A stretch of 61,346 nucleotides of DNA, from positions 3,548 to 64,893 of the forward strand of contig CAZJUB010000011.1 of the NCBI GenBank assembly GCA_964549075.1. The letters are read 5' to 3'. Made by a program: the position numbers and the translations under genes. Source of the stretch: an uncultured archaeon (GTDB taxonomy: Archaea; Asgardarchaeota; Heimdallarchaeia; Heimdallarchaeales; Heimdallarchaeaceae). Below the pieces are notes generated by a model. The model was given only the letters and a program-made list of their open reading frames with translations. It had not been told where the DNA came from and ran no database searches. This document shows positions 1-10,790 of this stretch, piece after piece (position 1 is the first letter of the stretch; every line of letters begins with the position of its first letter).

Positions 1-122
1 CTGAATCATTTACTCTTACAACATTAAAGAAAATTTTACCAGAATTTCTAAAACTTAAGGAAGAAAAAGAGATAGTAGTTAAATTAGATGATGAAATTTC
101 TTGTAAACTTATTTTGGATAAA

Positions 123-1955
123 TCAGACTAATTCTGCAGCTTGTTCAACATATTCTAAAGATTGATGTCTGAAATACATATCATAAAGTTGCCAATATTT
201 ACCTTTCTTATCCATCAATTGCTGATGACTTCCTTCCTCAACAATATTAGCATTATCAATAACAATAATTCTATCAGCATTCTCGACTGTAGTCAAACGA
301 TGAGCGATAATTATTGCAGTTCTTCCTCTAAGAAGTACTTTTAACGCTTCTTGAATCAATGATTCTGTATAAGCATCAATTGCAGCAGTTGCTTCGTCAA
401 GTATCAATATTTTCGGATCTGATAATAATGCTCGTGCAAAAGCTACAAGCTGTTTTTGTCCAGCTGACAGTTTGGTTCCTTTTTCCCCAACTTCAGTATC
501 TAGACCTTTGGGAAGACTTTGTATAAATTCCCAAGCATATACTGCTTTAGCTGCTTTCTCAACCTCTTCTCTGGTTGCGGCAAGTTTTCCATAACGAATG
601 TTCTCTTCAATCGAACCGCTGAAAAGGATGTTATCTTGTAAAACAATACCTATCTGATTACGATAATCTTGCATAACATATTTACGAATATCTACTCCAT
701 CAACTATTATTGCTCCTCCTTCAACATCATAAAAACGAGTTAATAAAGATACTAAAGTACTCTTACCTGCCCCTGTTCTTCCAACAATCGCTACTGTTTG
801 TCCTGCAGGAATCGAAAGAGTGAAGTCTTTATATAGCGGTTCTGAAGGATTGTAAAAGAAAGTCATATTTTCGAAGTTAATCTTTCCTTTCAACTCTGGA
901 ACAGCAACGGGATTAGGGTCTTCAACTACAGTAGGTTCACTATCCATTAAACTGAATATTCTTTCAACAGCTGCTAAACCAGCTTCAAATTGGTTAAAGA
1001 ATCTTGTAATTTCTAATAAAGGCATAAAGAATCTATTGAGCATCAAAACAAAGAAGTAGAGTGTTGCTACATCAATGGCTCCTATAGTGAAAGCCATGTG
1101 ACCTCCGTAATAGAGAACTAGGAAAGTTCCTATACCAAATAAAGTTTCTATAACAGGAAAGAAGATACTCATCCCCCAAGCTCTAACATATGCAGCTCTA
1201 TAGTTACGTAAATTGATACTTTTAAATCTGTTAAATGCTTCTTTTTCCTGATTGAAACTTTTTGTCACCTCAATACCAGAAATTGATTCAGCAACATTAG
1301 CATTTAGAATAGCTATAGTCTTTCGCCAGTTTTTAGATGTTCTTCTTGAAAATAATCTTATACCAATTCCGAGTCCAAAGAGAACAGGTACAACAGCTAA
1401 AGTAATTAGAGCTAGTTTAAGATTTGTAAGAAACAAGATAACCAGGACAACAATCATAACAAGTATGTTAATCATAAATGATGTTGTTATCTGAACCATT
1501 TGTGAGATAGTATCAGAATCACTTGTTACTCTACTGACTAATTTTCCGCTTTTATTTTCATCATAGAATTTCATGTCGTTTTTCAAAAGAGTTTCAAAAC
1601 TATCTTTACGTACTCTTCTAAGCATTTCCCCCATTAAAATTGAGGTTTTGTATAATGCTCTATATTGAGCAAACCAGAAAACTGCATACAAGAAAATTAT
1701 AGCAACAGATTCAACATAAAACACAGTATCAAAATTACCATTTTGTACGCCTTCTATAACAAAACGAATGAAAAACGGTATCCCTATTGATGCTCCAGTT
1801 TGAAGAATCATCCATATTAAGACACTTAAGAACGTTTTCTTGTCATGAATAGCAATGTAACCGAATAACCGCTTGAAAAGATGAAGATCACCATATTTTC
1901 TATCATATTTGTCGTCTGGTAGTTCTTGAATAAATCCCATCTTTTCACTCTCCAA
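123..1955 (-). CDS. ABC exporter, fused permease/ATP-binding subunit (MdlB/TM288-like half of a heterodimer)
   Basis: N-terminal multi-TM domain; Walker A GRTGAGKS, signature LSAGQKQ, Walker B ILILDE, H-loop IAHR; overlaps partner gene by 11 bp. Confidence 0.93.
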   Translation of the reverse strand: MESEKMGFIQELPDDKYDRKYGDLHLFKRLFGYIAIHDKKTFLSVLIWMILQTGASIGIPFFIRFVIEGVQNGNFDTVFYVESVAIIFLYAVFWFAQYRALYKTSILMGEMLRRVRKDSFETLLKNDMKFYDENKSGKLVSRVTSDSDTISQMVQITTSFMINILVMIVVLVILFLTNLKLALITLAVVPVLFGLGIGIRLFSRRTSKNWRKTIAILNANVAESISGIEVTKSFNQEKEAFNRFKSINLRNYRAAYVRAWGMSIFFPVIETLFGIGTFLVLYYGGHMAFTIGAIDVATLYFFVLMLNRFFMPLLEITRFFNQFEAGLAAVERIFSLMDSEPTVVEDPNPVAVPELKGKINFENMTFFYNPSEPLYKDFTLSIPAGQTVAIVGRTGAGKSTLVSLLTRFYDVEGGAIIVDGVDIRKYVMQDYRNQIGIVLQDNILFSGSIEENIRYGKLAATREEVEKAAKAVYAWEFIQSLPKGLDTEVGEKGTKLSAGQKQLVAFARALLSDPKILILDEATAAIDAYTESLIQEALKVLLRGRTAIIIAHRLTTVENADRIIVIDNANIVEEGSHQQLMDKKGKYWQLYDMYFRHQSLEYVEQAAELV

Positions 1956-3867
1956 CTTGAAATTCTGTTAACAGTTTTTCAGGCATCATTTTCCTTATTT
2001 CTGAAAATCGGGCAAATACTCTCCAATAATCCACTGATTCTTTGAGAAGTTCTTCATGATTTCCTATTGCTTTTATTTCTCCTTGTTTCATAACGATAAT
2101 AATATCTGAATGTCGAATTGTAGATAACCTGTGAGTTATGATAAAACTGGTTCTATCCTTTAATACTCTATTAATAGCTGTATTGATTTTGTCCTCAGTT
2201 TCTGAATCTACAGCTGAGCTAGCATCATCGAAAACTAGTATCTTTGGATTAGCTAATAACATACGTGCGATCGCAATTCGTTGCTTTTGTCCTCCACTGA
2301 GTGTGGTTCCTCTCTCCCCAACAATTGTATCGTAACCTTTGTCAAATTTAAGTATGAATTCCTCTGCTTGAGCCATTCTTGCTGCAGTTTGAATTTCCTC
2401 TTCCGTGGCATCTGTCTTACCATATGAGATATTTTCTCTTATTGTTGCTGAGAACAGAATAATATCTTGTTCTATAACACCTATATTTCTTCTAATAGTA
2501 TCTAATGACAGTTCTCTAACGTCTATCCCATCTATTTTCACACTTCCAGAATCTACGTCATATAATCGCGTAAGTAGCTTCATTATAGTCGTTTTCCCGC
2601 ATCCTGCTGGTCCAACCACTGCTACTCTTCTCCCTGCAGGTACATTAAATGAAATATTCTTGATTACCTTAACATTATTATCATAAGAAAATGTTACATT
2701 AGAGAAACTCACTTCTCCATTGATAGTTTCTAACTTAATAGGATTTTGAGGAGCTGGAATAATAGTTTCCTTTGTAAGAATCTTGACAATTCTACCAGCA
2801 CCAGCGAATCCCATCTGAATTAACACAAGCATCCATGACATTACCCAGACTGGAAAGAAAAGATTACCAGCTAGCAAAGAATAGGTTATTAACTCACCTA
2901 TCCCAAAACCATTTACTGCTACACCACCTAATTGTAATGTACTAAAACTCCATGTTATTTGTGTAACAGGATTTCCTATCCCCCAACTAATCAATAAACT
3001 ACCCCAGAGAACAGAAAGGCCAACACCTAAACCAACAAATAAAGCCGGGAAGTACCTGGATCTTAACTTACCTCTAGTGATTATCTGTTCAGTTAATTGA
3101 TCATTTTTTTCTCTAAATGAAACTCGTTCAAAAGGTTCTCTAGCAAAAATTTTGATGACGCTAATTCCCAATAATTTCTCCTGTAAATATGCAGATAGAT
3201 TAGAATAAGATTCTTGAATTTCCATCGAAACTGGACCCACAGACCTATAATAGCTTCGTGCAAAGAAGAAGACAGGGATAGCAATTATAACTGGGATAAT
3301 AATTAACACTGGCATTCCATACCAATATGGAGTAATGTAAAACATGGTACCTATTGCGAACAAAACTCCAAATATTGCTGAATATGCTAAATTGATTACT
3401 GGATTTACAAAGAAGTTTACCATCCTTGTATCGAATGTTGCTCTTGCCATTACATCGCCTGCTTTTACCTCATCATGAAAAGTCATAGATTTGGAAAGCA
3501 TTGATGCGTAGTATTCATCTCTGACATCCTTTTCAACTTTTTGAGATGTAATTTCAATTATTAATCCTGATGAAAAACTTGCTAATCCACTTACTATTGT
3601 TAAAATTAACAGAATAAACGCAAGATTAGTAATCTTAGCCCAAGTACCTGAAGGAGAAAGAATTTCATCTATTAACTTTCCAAGAATTACTGGAGTAATT
3701 GCACCAATACCTGCGCTAATAGTTGCAAATAATAAGAAAAGAGCTATCATCCCTTTATGAGCGAGAATATGACTAAGAACCCATTTGAATTGGCTCTTTT
3801 TGTTATATTTTTCCATAACAAAATCATGAAATTCTCCTGTGATATTATTGGAAGAACTATAAGTCAT
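1945..3867 (-). CDS. ABC exporter, fused permease/ATP-binding subunit (MdlA/TM287-like half, degenerate site)
   Basis: TMD plus NBD: GPAGCGKT, LSGGQKQR, Walker B ILVFDD (Asp in place of the catalytic Glu, typical of heterodimeric exporters). Confidence 0.93.
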   Translation of the reverse strand: MTYSSSNNITGEFHDFVMEKYNKKSQFKWVLSHILAHKGMIALFLLFATISAGIGAITPVILGKLIDEILSPSGTWAKITNLAFILLILTIVSGLASFSSGLIIEITSQKVEKDVRDEYYASMLSKSMTFHDEVKAGDVMARATFDTRMVNFFVNPVINLAYSAIFGVLFAIGTMFYITPYWYGMPVLIIIPVIIAIPVFFFARSYYRSVGPVSMEIQESYSNLSAYLQEKLLGISVIKIFAREPFERVSFREKNDQLTEQIITRGKLRSRYFPALFVGLGVGLSVLWGSLLISWGIGNPVTQITWSFSTLQLGGVAVNGFGIGELITYSLLAGNLFFPVWVMSWMLVLIQMGFAGAGRIVKILTKETIIPAPQNPIKLETINGEVSFSNVTFSYDNNVKVIKNISFNVPAGRRVAVVGPAGCGKTTIMKLLTRLYDVDSGSVKIDGIDVRELSLDTIRRNIGVIEQDIILFSATIRENISYGKTDATEEEIQTAARMAQAEEFILKFDKGYDTIVGERGTTLSGGQKQRIAIARMLLANPKILVFDDASSAVDSETEDKINTAINRVLKDRTSFIITHRLSTIRHSDIIIVMKQGEIKAIGNHEELLKESVDYWRVFARFSEIRKMMPEKLLTEFQVGE

Positions 3868-4007
3868 CTATTTTCCGCTCACTATTAGTTATTTGCTTTG
3901 CTTATATAAAGAACCAGATTCATCAATCTTCGAATACCAAGTTCGTTTCAATTTTTTTCTTATCGATTATTAAGGTTTTTATCTGTATTATTAAAAGAGA
4001 TAAAGAA

Positions 4008-5003
4008 CTAGAGAACCAATTCAATTTCATCAATCTGACCAATCATTTGAAGCATTGGGACACCAGTACCCATTAAGATAAGAGGAGCTTGATCTGATGA
4101 TAAAAACACTCCATTTTTCTTAGCAGCTAACATGTAACTATCATTCAATGACACATTAATGGAATCGAGAATTAAACTATCATTATTACTATTTGTTAGA
4201 ATGATAGAATAACCATTCAACGCTGCTGTCTCATTGAAAGTATAAGGATCATCATCATCAAAAAGTGCCAGTATCCTCCAGAGAGCTAGACCTTCATAAG
4301 TATTTAATCTATCACCTTCAATTATTTGATAAATTAAGAGATTAGAAGAATCATCCATATACATGAAAGCTTCAAAAACATCCTTATCTATACTATCATT
4401 TATTGCACCAAAGAGATTAACACTCCATGAAGCTGAGTTAACTATTTGTAGGATTTTTACATCTTTCACCCACATCGAACTATCAGACAAATATCCTTCC
4501 CCTTCATCTGCTAAACATGCAATTCTTAAGACACCATCTGAAGATGGAAGACTTTGCCCATCCATTTCATATGCAACAATTATCCTGAAATTTCTAACAC
4601 CAAGATATTCCCCAGTAGAATTATCATAAGCAGAAGATTGACCATTAAGCATCTCTTTTGTAAAAGATATTTGGTAGAGATCTCCAGCTATAACTTCCAG
4701 CTCTTGACCAGAGGTTAGACCTCCAGCTTCAGCAATTAAATCTTCCAGCAATATACCTCTAAAGAGATTTGGACCTACTAAAGTACCAGTTGATTTTCTG
4801 TAACCAGCATAACCAACAGCACTTTTCATAGACTCTAAATCATTCAACGTATAATTTACAGTAAAATCGTTTCCTTGAATTGTAAGAACAACTTCTTCAG
4901 GTTCTTCATTTGGAGTATAAAAAACACCAAAATATATTCCCAAACTTATTCCGGAAACATTGATTACTATAAGTAAGCTCATCAGGATTTTGGTTCTTAA
5001 CAT
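4008..5003 (-). CDS. Membrane-anchored protein with two tandem molybdopterin-oxidoreductase (SUOX)-like domains
   Basis: N-terminal hydrophobic anchor; repeated motifs FRGILLEDLI..IIVAYEMDGQSL..LRI..WVKDV and YEGLALWRIL..MLAAKKNGVFL..PLIL. Confidence 0.6.
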   Translation of the reverse strand: MLRTKILMSLLIVINVSGISLGIYFGVFYTPNEEPEEVVLTIQGNDFTVNYTLNDLESMKSAVGYAGYRKSTGTLVGPNLFRGILLEDLIAEAGGLTSGQELEVIAGDLYQISFTKEMLNGQSSAYDNSTGEYLGVRNFRIIVAYEMDGQSLPSSDGVLRIACLADEGEGYLSDSSMWVKDVKILQIVNSASWSVNLFGAINDSIDKDVFEAFMYMDDSSNLLIYQIIEGDRLNTYEGLALWRILALFDDDDPYTFNETAALNGYSIILTNSNNDSLILDSINVSLNDSYMLAAKKNGVFLSSDQAPLILMGTGVPMLQMIGQIDEIELVL

Positions 5004-5139
5004 AGCTGTCTTTACTTACAAAGAAATTGTTTTAAGTTTTCTTAAAAAACTAAACTTGATACATGTTTTTTGCAAAAGATTGAAGAAATGGATTATCTTT
5101 TTTGTTTCAGAAGGAGAACAACAACATAGGGTAAACGAT

Positions 5140-6381
5140 ATGGTTTCAAAATATCTGAAGGTAACGTTAGTTACAATCCTAATTCTTGGACTAACAATTC
5201 CAGCCATTTTTTTCAGCGTCAACCGAAAAGACAATAAAACTGTAATCGAATTTTGGTACACCTATGAAGGCAGAGATGTTGTTGCTGAAGCAGTTGCAAA
5301 TTATGAAGCTCTTCATCCTTCAGTTACGATTAACTTTGTAGAACAGCCTGATTCCAGTTGGATTGATAAATTTATCAATGTAGCACAAACTGGAAATGCA
5401 CCTGATATTTTTCTTGCAAAAGGGTCTTGGTTTGGAGAACTTGCAAAATTAGGTTATATCCAACCTTTAACTGACTTTCTTACTCCAACAGATGAAGCTA
5501 GTTATCTTCCTGCTGGAATTAATGGTTTAAGTTATCAAAATGAGTTATGGGGATTACCTTTTTGGTTTGATTCCATTCTACTTCTGTACAACAAGAATTT
5601 ATTTGATGCAAAGTCCCATTCATATCCTAATGAAAATTGGACTGATGTAGAATTATTAGAAACTGCATTGAATTTAACTAATAGACCTGAAGACATATAC
5701 GGACTTGCATGGGCAACCATTTCTCCTTATATGTGGCCAGCTTTTCAATACGGTTTTGATCATGGTCCTCTATATCAAGGAGGTGATATTGTGGTCAATG
5801 ACACAGCTTCAGTTAACTCTCTTGAATATATTTACGACTTAAAATATGTACATAGATGTGTTAAATACGATGATAGTAGTAGTTCTGCAACTCAAGCATT
5901 TATCACAAATAAAGCTGCTATGATAATCTATGGAGGGTGGTATATTCCAACTTTAAATGACCTTGAATTCAATTATGGAGTAGAAATTTTACCTAAAATA
6001 TCAGCTACTAATCAGAGAATAACTCCAATGGTTGAAGTCAAAGGGTTTGGAATGTCAAAAGACACCAAGAATTCTGATGTTTGTTATGATATTATCAAGT
6101 ATCTTACTTCAGCATCTGTTCAAGAAAACATGCTAACTGAGGAGTTTAAGGTACCAACATTAAACGAGTTAGTATCTTCTTCTTTAGTTCAAGATGAACC
6201 ACTGATTCTAAAGCAAATTGAGCAAATTGCATATAGTCAATATTATCCTTTAGATCCATATTATATTGTTTACTCGGATTTTATGAGAGCAGCTTTAACG
6301 TTTATACTTCTTGATCATCAAGATATTCAATCAACTTTAGATGACACACAACAGAATATTGAGGCAAATAAGGATGTCTAA
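5140..6381 (+). CDS. Sugar ABC transporter extracellular solute-binding protein (MalE-like)
   Basis: Probable ATG at 5140 (ORF track start 4960 overlaps the divergent gene); N-terminal anchor; GNAPDIF, LWGLP..LLYNK motifs. Confidence 0.88.
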   Translation: MVSKYLKVTLVTILILGLTIPAIFFSVNRKDNKTVIEFWYTYEGRDVVAEAVANYEALHPSVTINFVEQPDSSWIDKFINVAQTGNAPDIFLAKGSWFGELAKLGYIQPLTDFLTPTDEASYLPAGINGLSYQNELWGLPFWFDSILLLYNKNLFDAKSHSYPNENWTDVELLETALNLTNRPEDIYGLAWATISPYMWPAFQYGFDHGPLYQGGDIVVNDTASVNSLEYIYDLKYVHRCVKYDDSSSSATQAFITNKAAMIIYGGWYIPTLNDLEFNYGVEILPKISATNQRITPMVEVKGFGMSKDTKNSDVCYDIIKYLTSASVQENMLTEEFKVPTLNELVSSSLVQDEPLILKQIEQIAYSQYYPLDPYYIVYSDFMRAALTFILLDHQDIQSTLDDTQQNIEANKDV

Positions 6382-9300
6382 AAATAGTATAAACATTAAA
6401 AAATTAAAAAAACAGACATTAATTTTCTTTGCTTTAGTTAGTATTGTAGTTGTAGCATCAATTGGTTGCACTAGATATAATGTAAGTGCACAAACAGGAG
6501 AGCCAAGTATCACTGAAATTGGAGACCGTTATGTAGTTGTTAATTGGACATTGCCAACTTCATTGATGTATAATAGTTTTAGAATTGATTATTATGATGA
6601 AGCTTTAAATCAAAGTTTTACTTGGTCTATGATTCTCTTAAATGATACTCAGAGTACTACTCTTGAATATTTCACACAAGTAAATTATACAATTGATCAA
6701 GAAGTCTTTCTCTCTCAAAAACTTCTTACTATGAATTTCACAGCTTTTCTCATAGAGGATAATGCAGAAACTGTACAGGCTAAAATTACAGGATTAAAAC
6801 CTGAAAGCCACTATATAATTTCTATTTATTTAGTAAATACATCTTTAGTAATTTTGGAAAACAATTATGTAGTTATCACGGATTCTTCAGCTTTATTTTG
6901 GGAATCTGACCAATTTGAAACTCTTTTATCTTTAGAAGATAGTCTAAAATACTCAAAACTTGCTACATCACTTACTTTACTAGTAATTATAATATTGTTC
7001 ATTGCAATTTTCTTCTTCATAGCAAAACGTGATGTTCCATTCAATAAAATTGCATATGTATTTATTTTTCCAGCACTTCTTGCACTTGTTTTATTGGAAG
7101 TCTATCCAATACTTTACGGTATTTTCTTATCTTTCACAGATTATCATCTGAAGAGAGGTGAAATTCCAGTATTATCAGGTTTCAATAATTATGCTCATAT
7201 TGCTGAAAATCCTCAACTACCAATCACTTTAACTACAACGTTAGTATGGAGTACTTTGATTATTATTGCAAAGATTGTGCTTGGATTTTTATTAGCTTAT
7301 GTTATTCAGTATAAGGTTAAAAAGAAGAAACTATGGTATTTGATGTTATATATACCATGGGCAATACCTTCATACATTAAAATTCTTTCTTGGCGAACTT
7401 TCATCCATGGAAATGGCGGAAATTCATTGTTCAACACTTTGTTTGGAACCAATGTTAATCTTCTAACCCAGCCTTACGTAACATTATTTCTCGCTTGTTT
7501 TGTTGAGGTCTGGGATTCAATCCCTCTTATAACAACGTTATTTTTAGGAGGATTAAGCAGCATTCCAAAAGAATTGAATGACATCGCAGATATAGATCAA
7601 ATTTCAGAGAGAACAAAAATAAGAAGAGTAATTTTACCTTTAATTAAACCCATCATACTTCCAGCTATCATTTTAGAAATTATCAAAACATTTGGAAGCT
7701 TTAATGTTGCATTTTTATTGACAAAAGGTTATCCATTGTTATCTTATGGTACGAGTGAGGTGGGAGTAATCGGAGCAACAGATTTATTCAGTACTTTCAC
7801 ATTTTATATGTTCTATGAAAAACGAGATATTGGCATAGCAGCTGCATACTCAACAATTATGAGTATTTTGACGTTATTTTTTGTTCTAGTATGGCTAAAA
7901 ATGTCCAAAGGAACTCAGAGTTCTTTTAAACCGGAGAAAAAAACTGATATGTCTAAGAGTGGTCATACAATCATAGCATTATTATTTATTCAAGCAATTT
8001 TTTATATCGTTTCTGGAATTTTTGGTTTCAGATATTTTGGGATTTTTTGGAATCCTTATCTAAATTATCTCCTAGCTGGTTTGTTTTTGTTGTCTGGCAT
8101 TCTAAGCTTAGTAAGAAAAAGAGCTGTGTTAAAAACGACCAAATATCTTCTGATTTTAGATTTAATATTATCTCTAATTCAATTTGCATTCTATCAAATG
8201 TGGTATGCCTTCAATTGGAACATCTTCATCGTCATTACTCAATTGTATTTGTTAACAAATATTCAATGGACTAAACTTCCACAAATCTTTCCAAATATAT
8301 TAGAAAAAATCAAGATGAACTATCAAACTTCTGTTAACAAATTTAAAGAAGCGTTGTATTGGATTGATAATCACCTAATACAATTATCTCCAACTCATAG
8401 TATAATTGCATTGCAAACAATTTTTGTTTTTCTTTCAGCTTTCATAATAAAAACACATTCGTGGTTAGCATGGTCAATTTTTGGAACATATGTTATTGTC
8501 TTAATTTTTAGCTTATTTTCAAAGTTGATATCTTACCTTTCTATTATTTTACAACCTTTGCTTTGGTTTGGTATGATATTCGCGGAATATCCAATAGGTT
8601 GGATAATTATATTAAACATAATTTCATTAGCACATATCTTAATTGTATTAAACAAGTTTGTTGGTCAATCAAAGTTACAATCAGAAAAAATGCAGAAAGT
8701 TATAGCATATATAGTAAAGCCTAGGAATAATACTTTGTTTCTTTTCTCTATTTTGTTAATAACTCTCTTGCCGATATGGAACATAGTCTGGATAGCATTT
8801 TCACAAGGAGACAGTTTAGTTCCTACGTCATTCTTTCCTGCTAATCCAACGCTTGAAAACTTTAAACTCTTATTTACGCAAGAGCAAATACAGCTAAATT
8901 TCTTGAATTCGCTAATTGTCTCACTTGGTTCAGCAACTTTGTGTGTTATTTTAACAGCGTTAGCTGCTTATGCTTTCTCGAGATATTACTTTAGAGGTAA
9001 GAATGAAATAATGGTAGGAGTTTTTACTCTTAAAATGTTTACAGGAATATTAACTTTGATTCCTTTCTATTTGATTATGTATAATCTTGGTTTGATTGAT
9101 TCATATTTTGGAATAATTTTAGCTTATAGTACTCATACAATACCATTAGCAATCTGGATAACAAAAGGATATATCGATTCTATTCCAAAAGAACTTGATG
9201 AATCAGCTACATTAATGGGAAATTCAAAATTCAGGATTCTTAGAAAAATAATTTTACCTCTTGCAGGTCCAGCAATTGCAATTACTTTTCTATTAAACTT

Positions 9301-9538
9301 TTTGAGAACGTGGAATGGTTTTCTACTTGCTTTTGTGTTGTTACAATCACCTAACAAATACACATTACCTATAAAGCTGTTCACTTTTGTTGGATCCATT
9401 GAATCTAGTTCACCAGAATGGGGATTGTTTGCAGCAGCATCTATTCTTGTAGTAATTCCCTTATTGATAATATTTGTATTTCTAAGAAATCACCTTCTAA
9501 GTGGATTTAACAGCTCAACAACCATGAGAGAGATATAA
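6374..9538 (+). CDS. Fused MalF/MalG-type sugar ABC permease with N-terminal FN3-like extracellular domain
   Basis: Two permease modules with EAA-like loops (IPKELNDIADID, IPKELDESATLMG); N-terminal VVVNW..FRIDY..ITGLKPESHY FN3-like pattern; probable ATG at 6374. Confidence 0.85.
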   Translation: MSKNSINIKKLKKQTLIFFALVSIVVVASIGCTRYNVSAQTGEPSITEIGDRYVVVNWTLPTSLMYNSFRIDYYDEALNQSFTWSMILLNDTQSTTLEYFTQVNYTIDQEVFLSQKLLTMNFTAFLIEDNAETVQAKITGLKPESHYIISIYLVNTSLVILENNYVVITDSSALFWESDQFETLLSLEDSLKYSKLATSLTLLVIIILFIAIFFFIAKRDVPFNKIAYVFIFPALLALVLLEVYPILYGIFLSFTDYHLKRGEIPVLSGFNNYAHIAENPQLPITLTTTLVWSTLIIIAKIVLGFLLAYVIQYKVKKKKLWYLMLYIPWAIPSYIKILSWRTFIHGNGGNSLFNTLFGTNVNLLTQPYVTLFLACFVEVWDSIPLITTLFLGGLSSIPKELNDIADIDQISERTKIRRVILPLIKPIILPAIILEIIKTFGSFNVAFLLTKGYPLLSYGTSEVGVIGATDLFSTFTFYMFYEKRDIGIAAAYSTIMSILTLFFVLVWLKMSKGTQSSFKPEKKTDMSKSGHTIIALLFIQAIFYIVSGIFGFRYFGIFWNPYLNYLLAGLFLLSGILSLVRKRAVLKTTKYLLILDLILSLIQFAFYQMWYAFNWNIFIVITQLYLLTNIQWTKLPQIFPNILEKIKMNYQTSVNKFKEALYWIDNHLIQLSPTHSIIALQTIFVFLSAFIIKTHSWLAWSIFGTYVIVLIFSLFSKLISYLSIILQPLLWFGMIFAEYPIGWIIILNIISLAHILIVLNKFVGQSKLQSEKMQKVIAYIVKPRNNTLFLFSILLITLLPIWNIVWIAFSQGDSLVPTSFFPANPTLENFKLLFTQEQIQLNFLNSLIVSLGSATLCVILTALAAYAFSRYYFRGKNEIMVGVFTLKMFTGILTLIPFYLIMYNLGLIDSYFGIILAYSTHTIPLAIWITKGYIDSIPKELDESATLMGNSKFRILRKIILPLAGPAIAITFLLNFLRTWNGFLLAFVLLQSPNKYTLPIKLFTFVGSIESSSPEWGLFAAASILVVIPLLIIFVFLRNHLLSGFNSSTTMREI

Positions 9539-10654
9539 ATGAAAGTTACATTAGAAAAATTAACAAAAAAATATGAAGAAAAAATAGCTCTTAAAGAGAT
9601 CAATTTAGAGATACCTAGTGGCAGTTTTACTGTTATTTTAGGTCCCTCTGGAAGTGGAAAAACAACTCTCCTAAGATTGATTGCAGGGCTTCTTTATCCA
9701 ACTGAAGGGAGCATATTCTTTGATGAGGAGGATATAACACTTAAACCAGCAAACAAACGAAATATAGCTATGGTATTCCAAAATTTTCCCCTTTTCCCAC
9801 ACATGACTGTTTATGAAAATCTAAGATTTCCATTGGCGAGTCAAAAAGAAGGAAAATTGTTTAGAAGAAGAACTTATCAAGAAGAAGAGATACATAAGAA
9901 AGTTATTGAAACACTTGATTTATTGCACATTGAGGAACATAAAAACAAATATCCATCGCAACTTTCTGGGGGAGAAAAACAGAGAGTAGCTATTGGACGT
10001 GAATTAATCAGAGAACCTGTTCTTTTTCTATTTGATGAACCATTAAGCAATGTTGATGCTAGACTAAGATATGAGATGAGAACATGGATAAGATCCTTAC
10101 ATGAGTTAATTAGGACAACCATGATTTATGTAACACACGATCAATCTGAAGCGATGGCACTTGGAGATCTAATAGTTTTATTAAACCAAGGCGAAATTAT
10201 TCAAATAGGAAACCCAGATGAATTATATAACAATCCAAAAAGAAAATTTGTTGCAGAATTTATAGGTCATTATCCAATGAATTTTCTTTCTTTTCTAACT
10301 GCTGAAAATAAACTTGTTTTAGCTTCTGATAATTCAATCAATTTACCAAAAACCATACAGAAAGTAATTAAACAAAGAAAAATCGAATCTGGAGAAATAG
10401 GCTTTAGAGCAGAATCAGTTAGAGAATTTGACCCCAAGAGACCATTAGAGGAGAATCTTCTTATTTTGGAATGTGATATTGAAGATGTAGAGAAAGTCCT
10501 TGATCAACAAATATTAACCTTGAATTTTCATGAAGAGAAAATTGTATTTGTCACAAGAACTATGAAAGAATTTAAGAAAAATTCATCTATAAAAGTGATA
10601 GTATATCCAGAAAATATTTACATATTTGATTCAGAGAGTCTAAGAATAGATTAA
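9539..10654 (+). CDS. Sugar ABC transporter ATP-binding protein (MalK/UgpC-like)
   Basis: GPSGSGKT, LSGGEKQR, FLFDEPLSN, YVTHDQSEA; C-terminal TOBE-like region; starts directly after the permease stop. Confidence 0.93.
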   Translation: MKVTLEKLTKKYEEKIALKEINLEIPSGSFTVILGPSGSGKTTLLRLIAGLLYPTEGSIFFDEEDITLKPANKRNIAMVFQNFPLFPHMTVYENLRFPLASQKEGKLFRRRTYQEEEIHKKVIETLDLLHIEEHKNKYPSQLSGGEKQRVAIGRELIREPVLFLFDEPLSNVDARLRYEMRTWIRSLHELIRTTMIYVTHDQSEAMALGDLIVLLNQGEIIQIGNPDELYNNPKRKFVAEFIGHYPMNFLSFLTAENKLVLASDNSINLPKTIQKVIKQRKIESGEIGFRAESVREFDPKRPLEENLLILECDIEDVEKVLDQQILTLNFHEEKIVFVTRTMKEFKKNSSIKVIVYPENIYIFDSESLRID

Positions 10655-10790
10655 GACTCTTTTCTAGATAGATTTTCAACTAGAACCAACACAATATTAT
10701 TAAAATTGAACATTTATTCCATTATAAGAATATATCAATCTATAGTTGATATTCTCGGTCTGGGGAAAACAATCTATTCAAGTGAATAAG

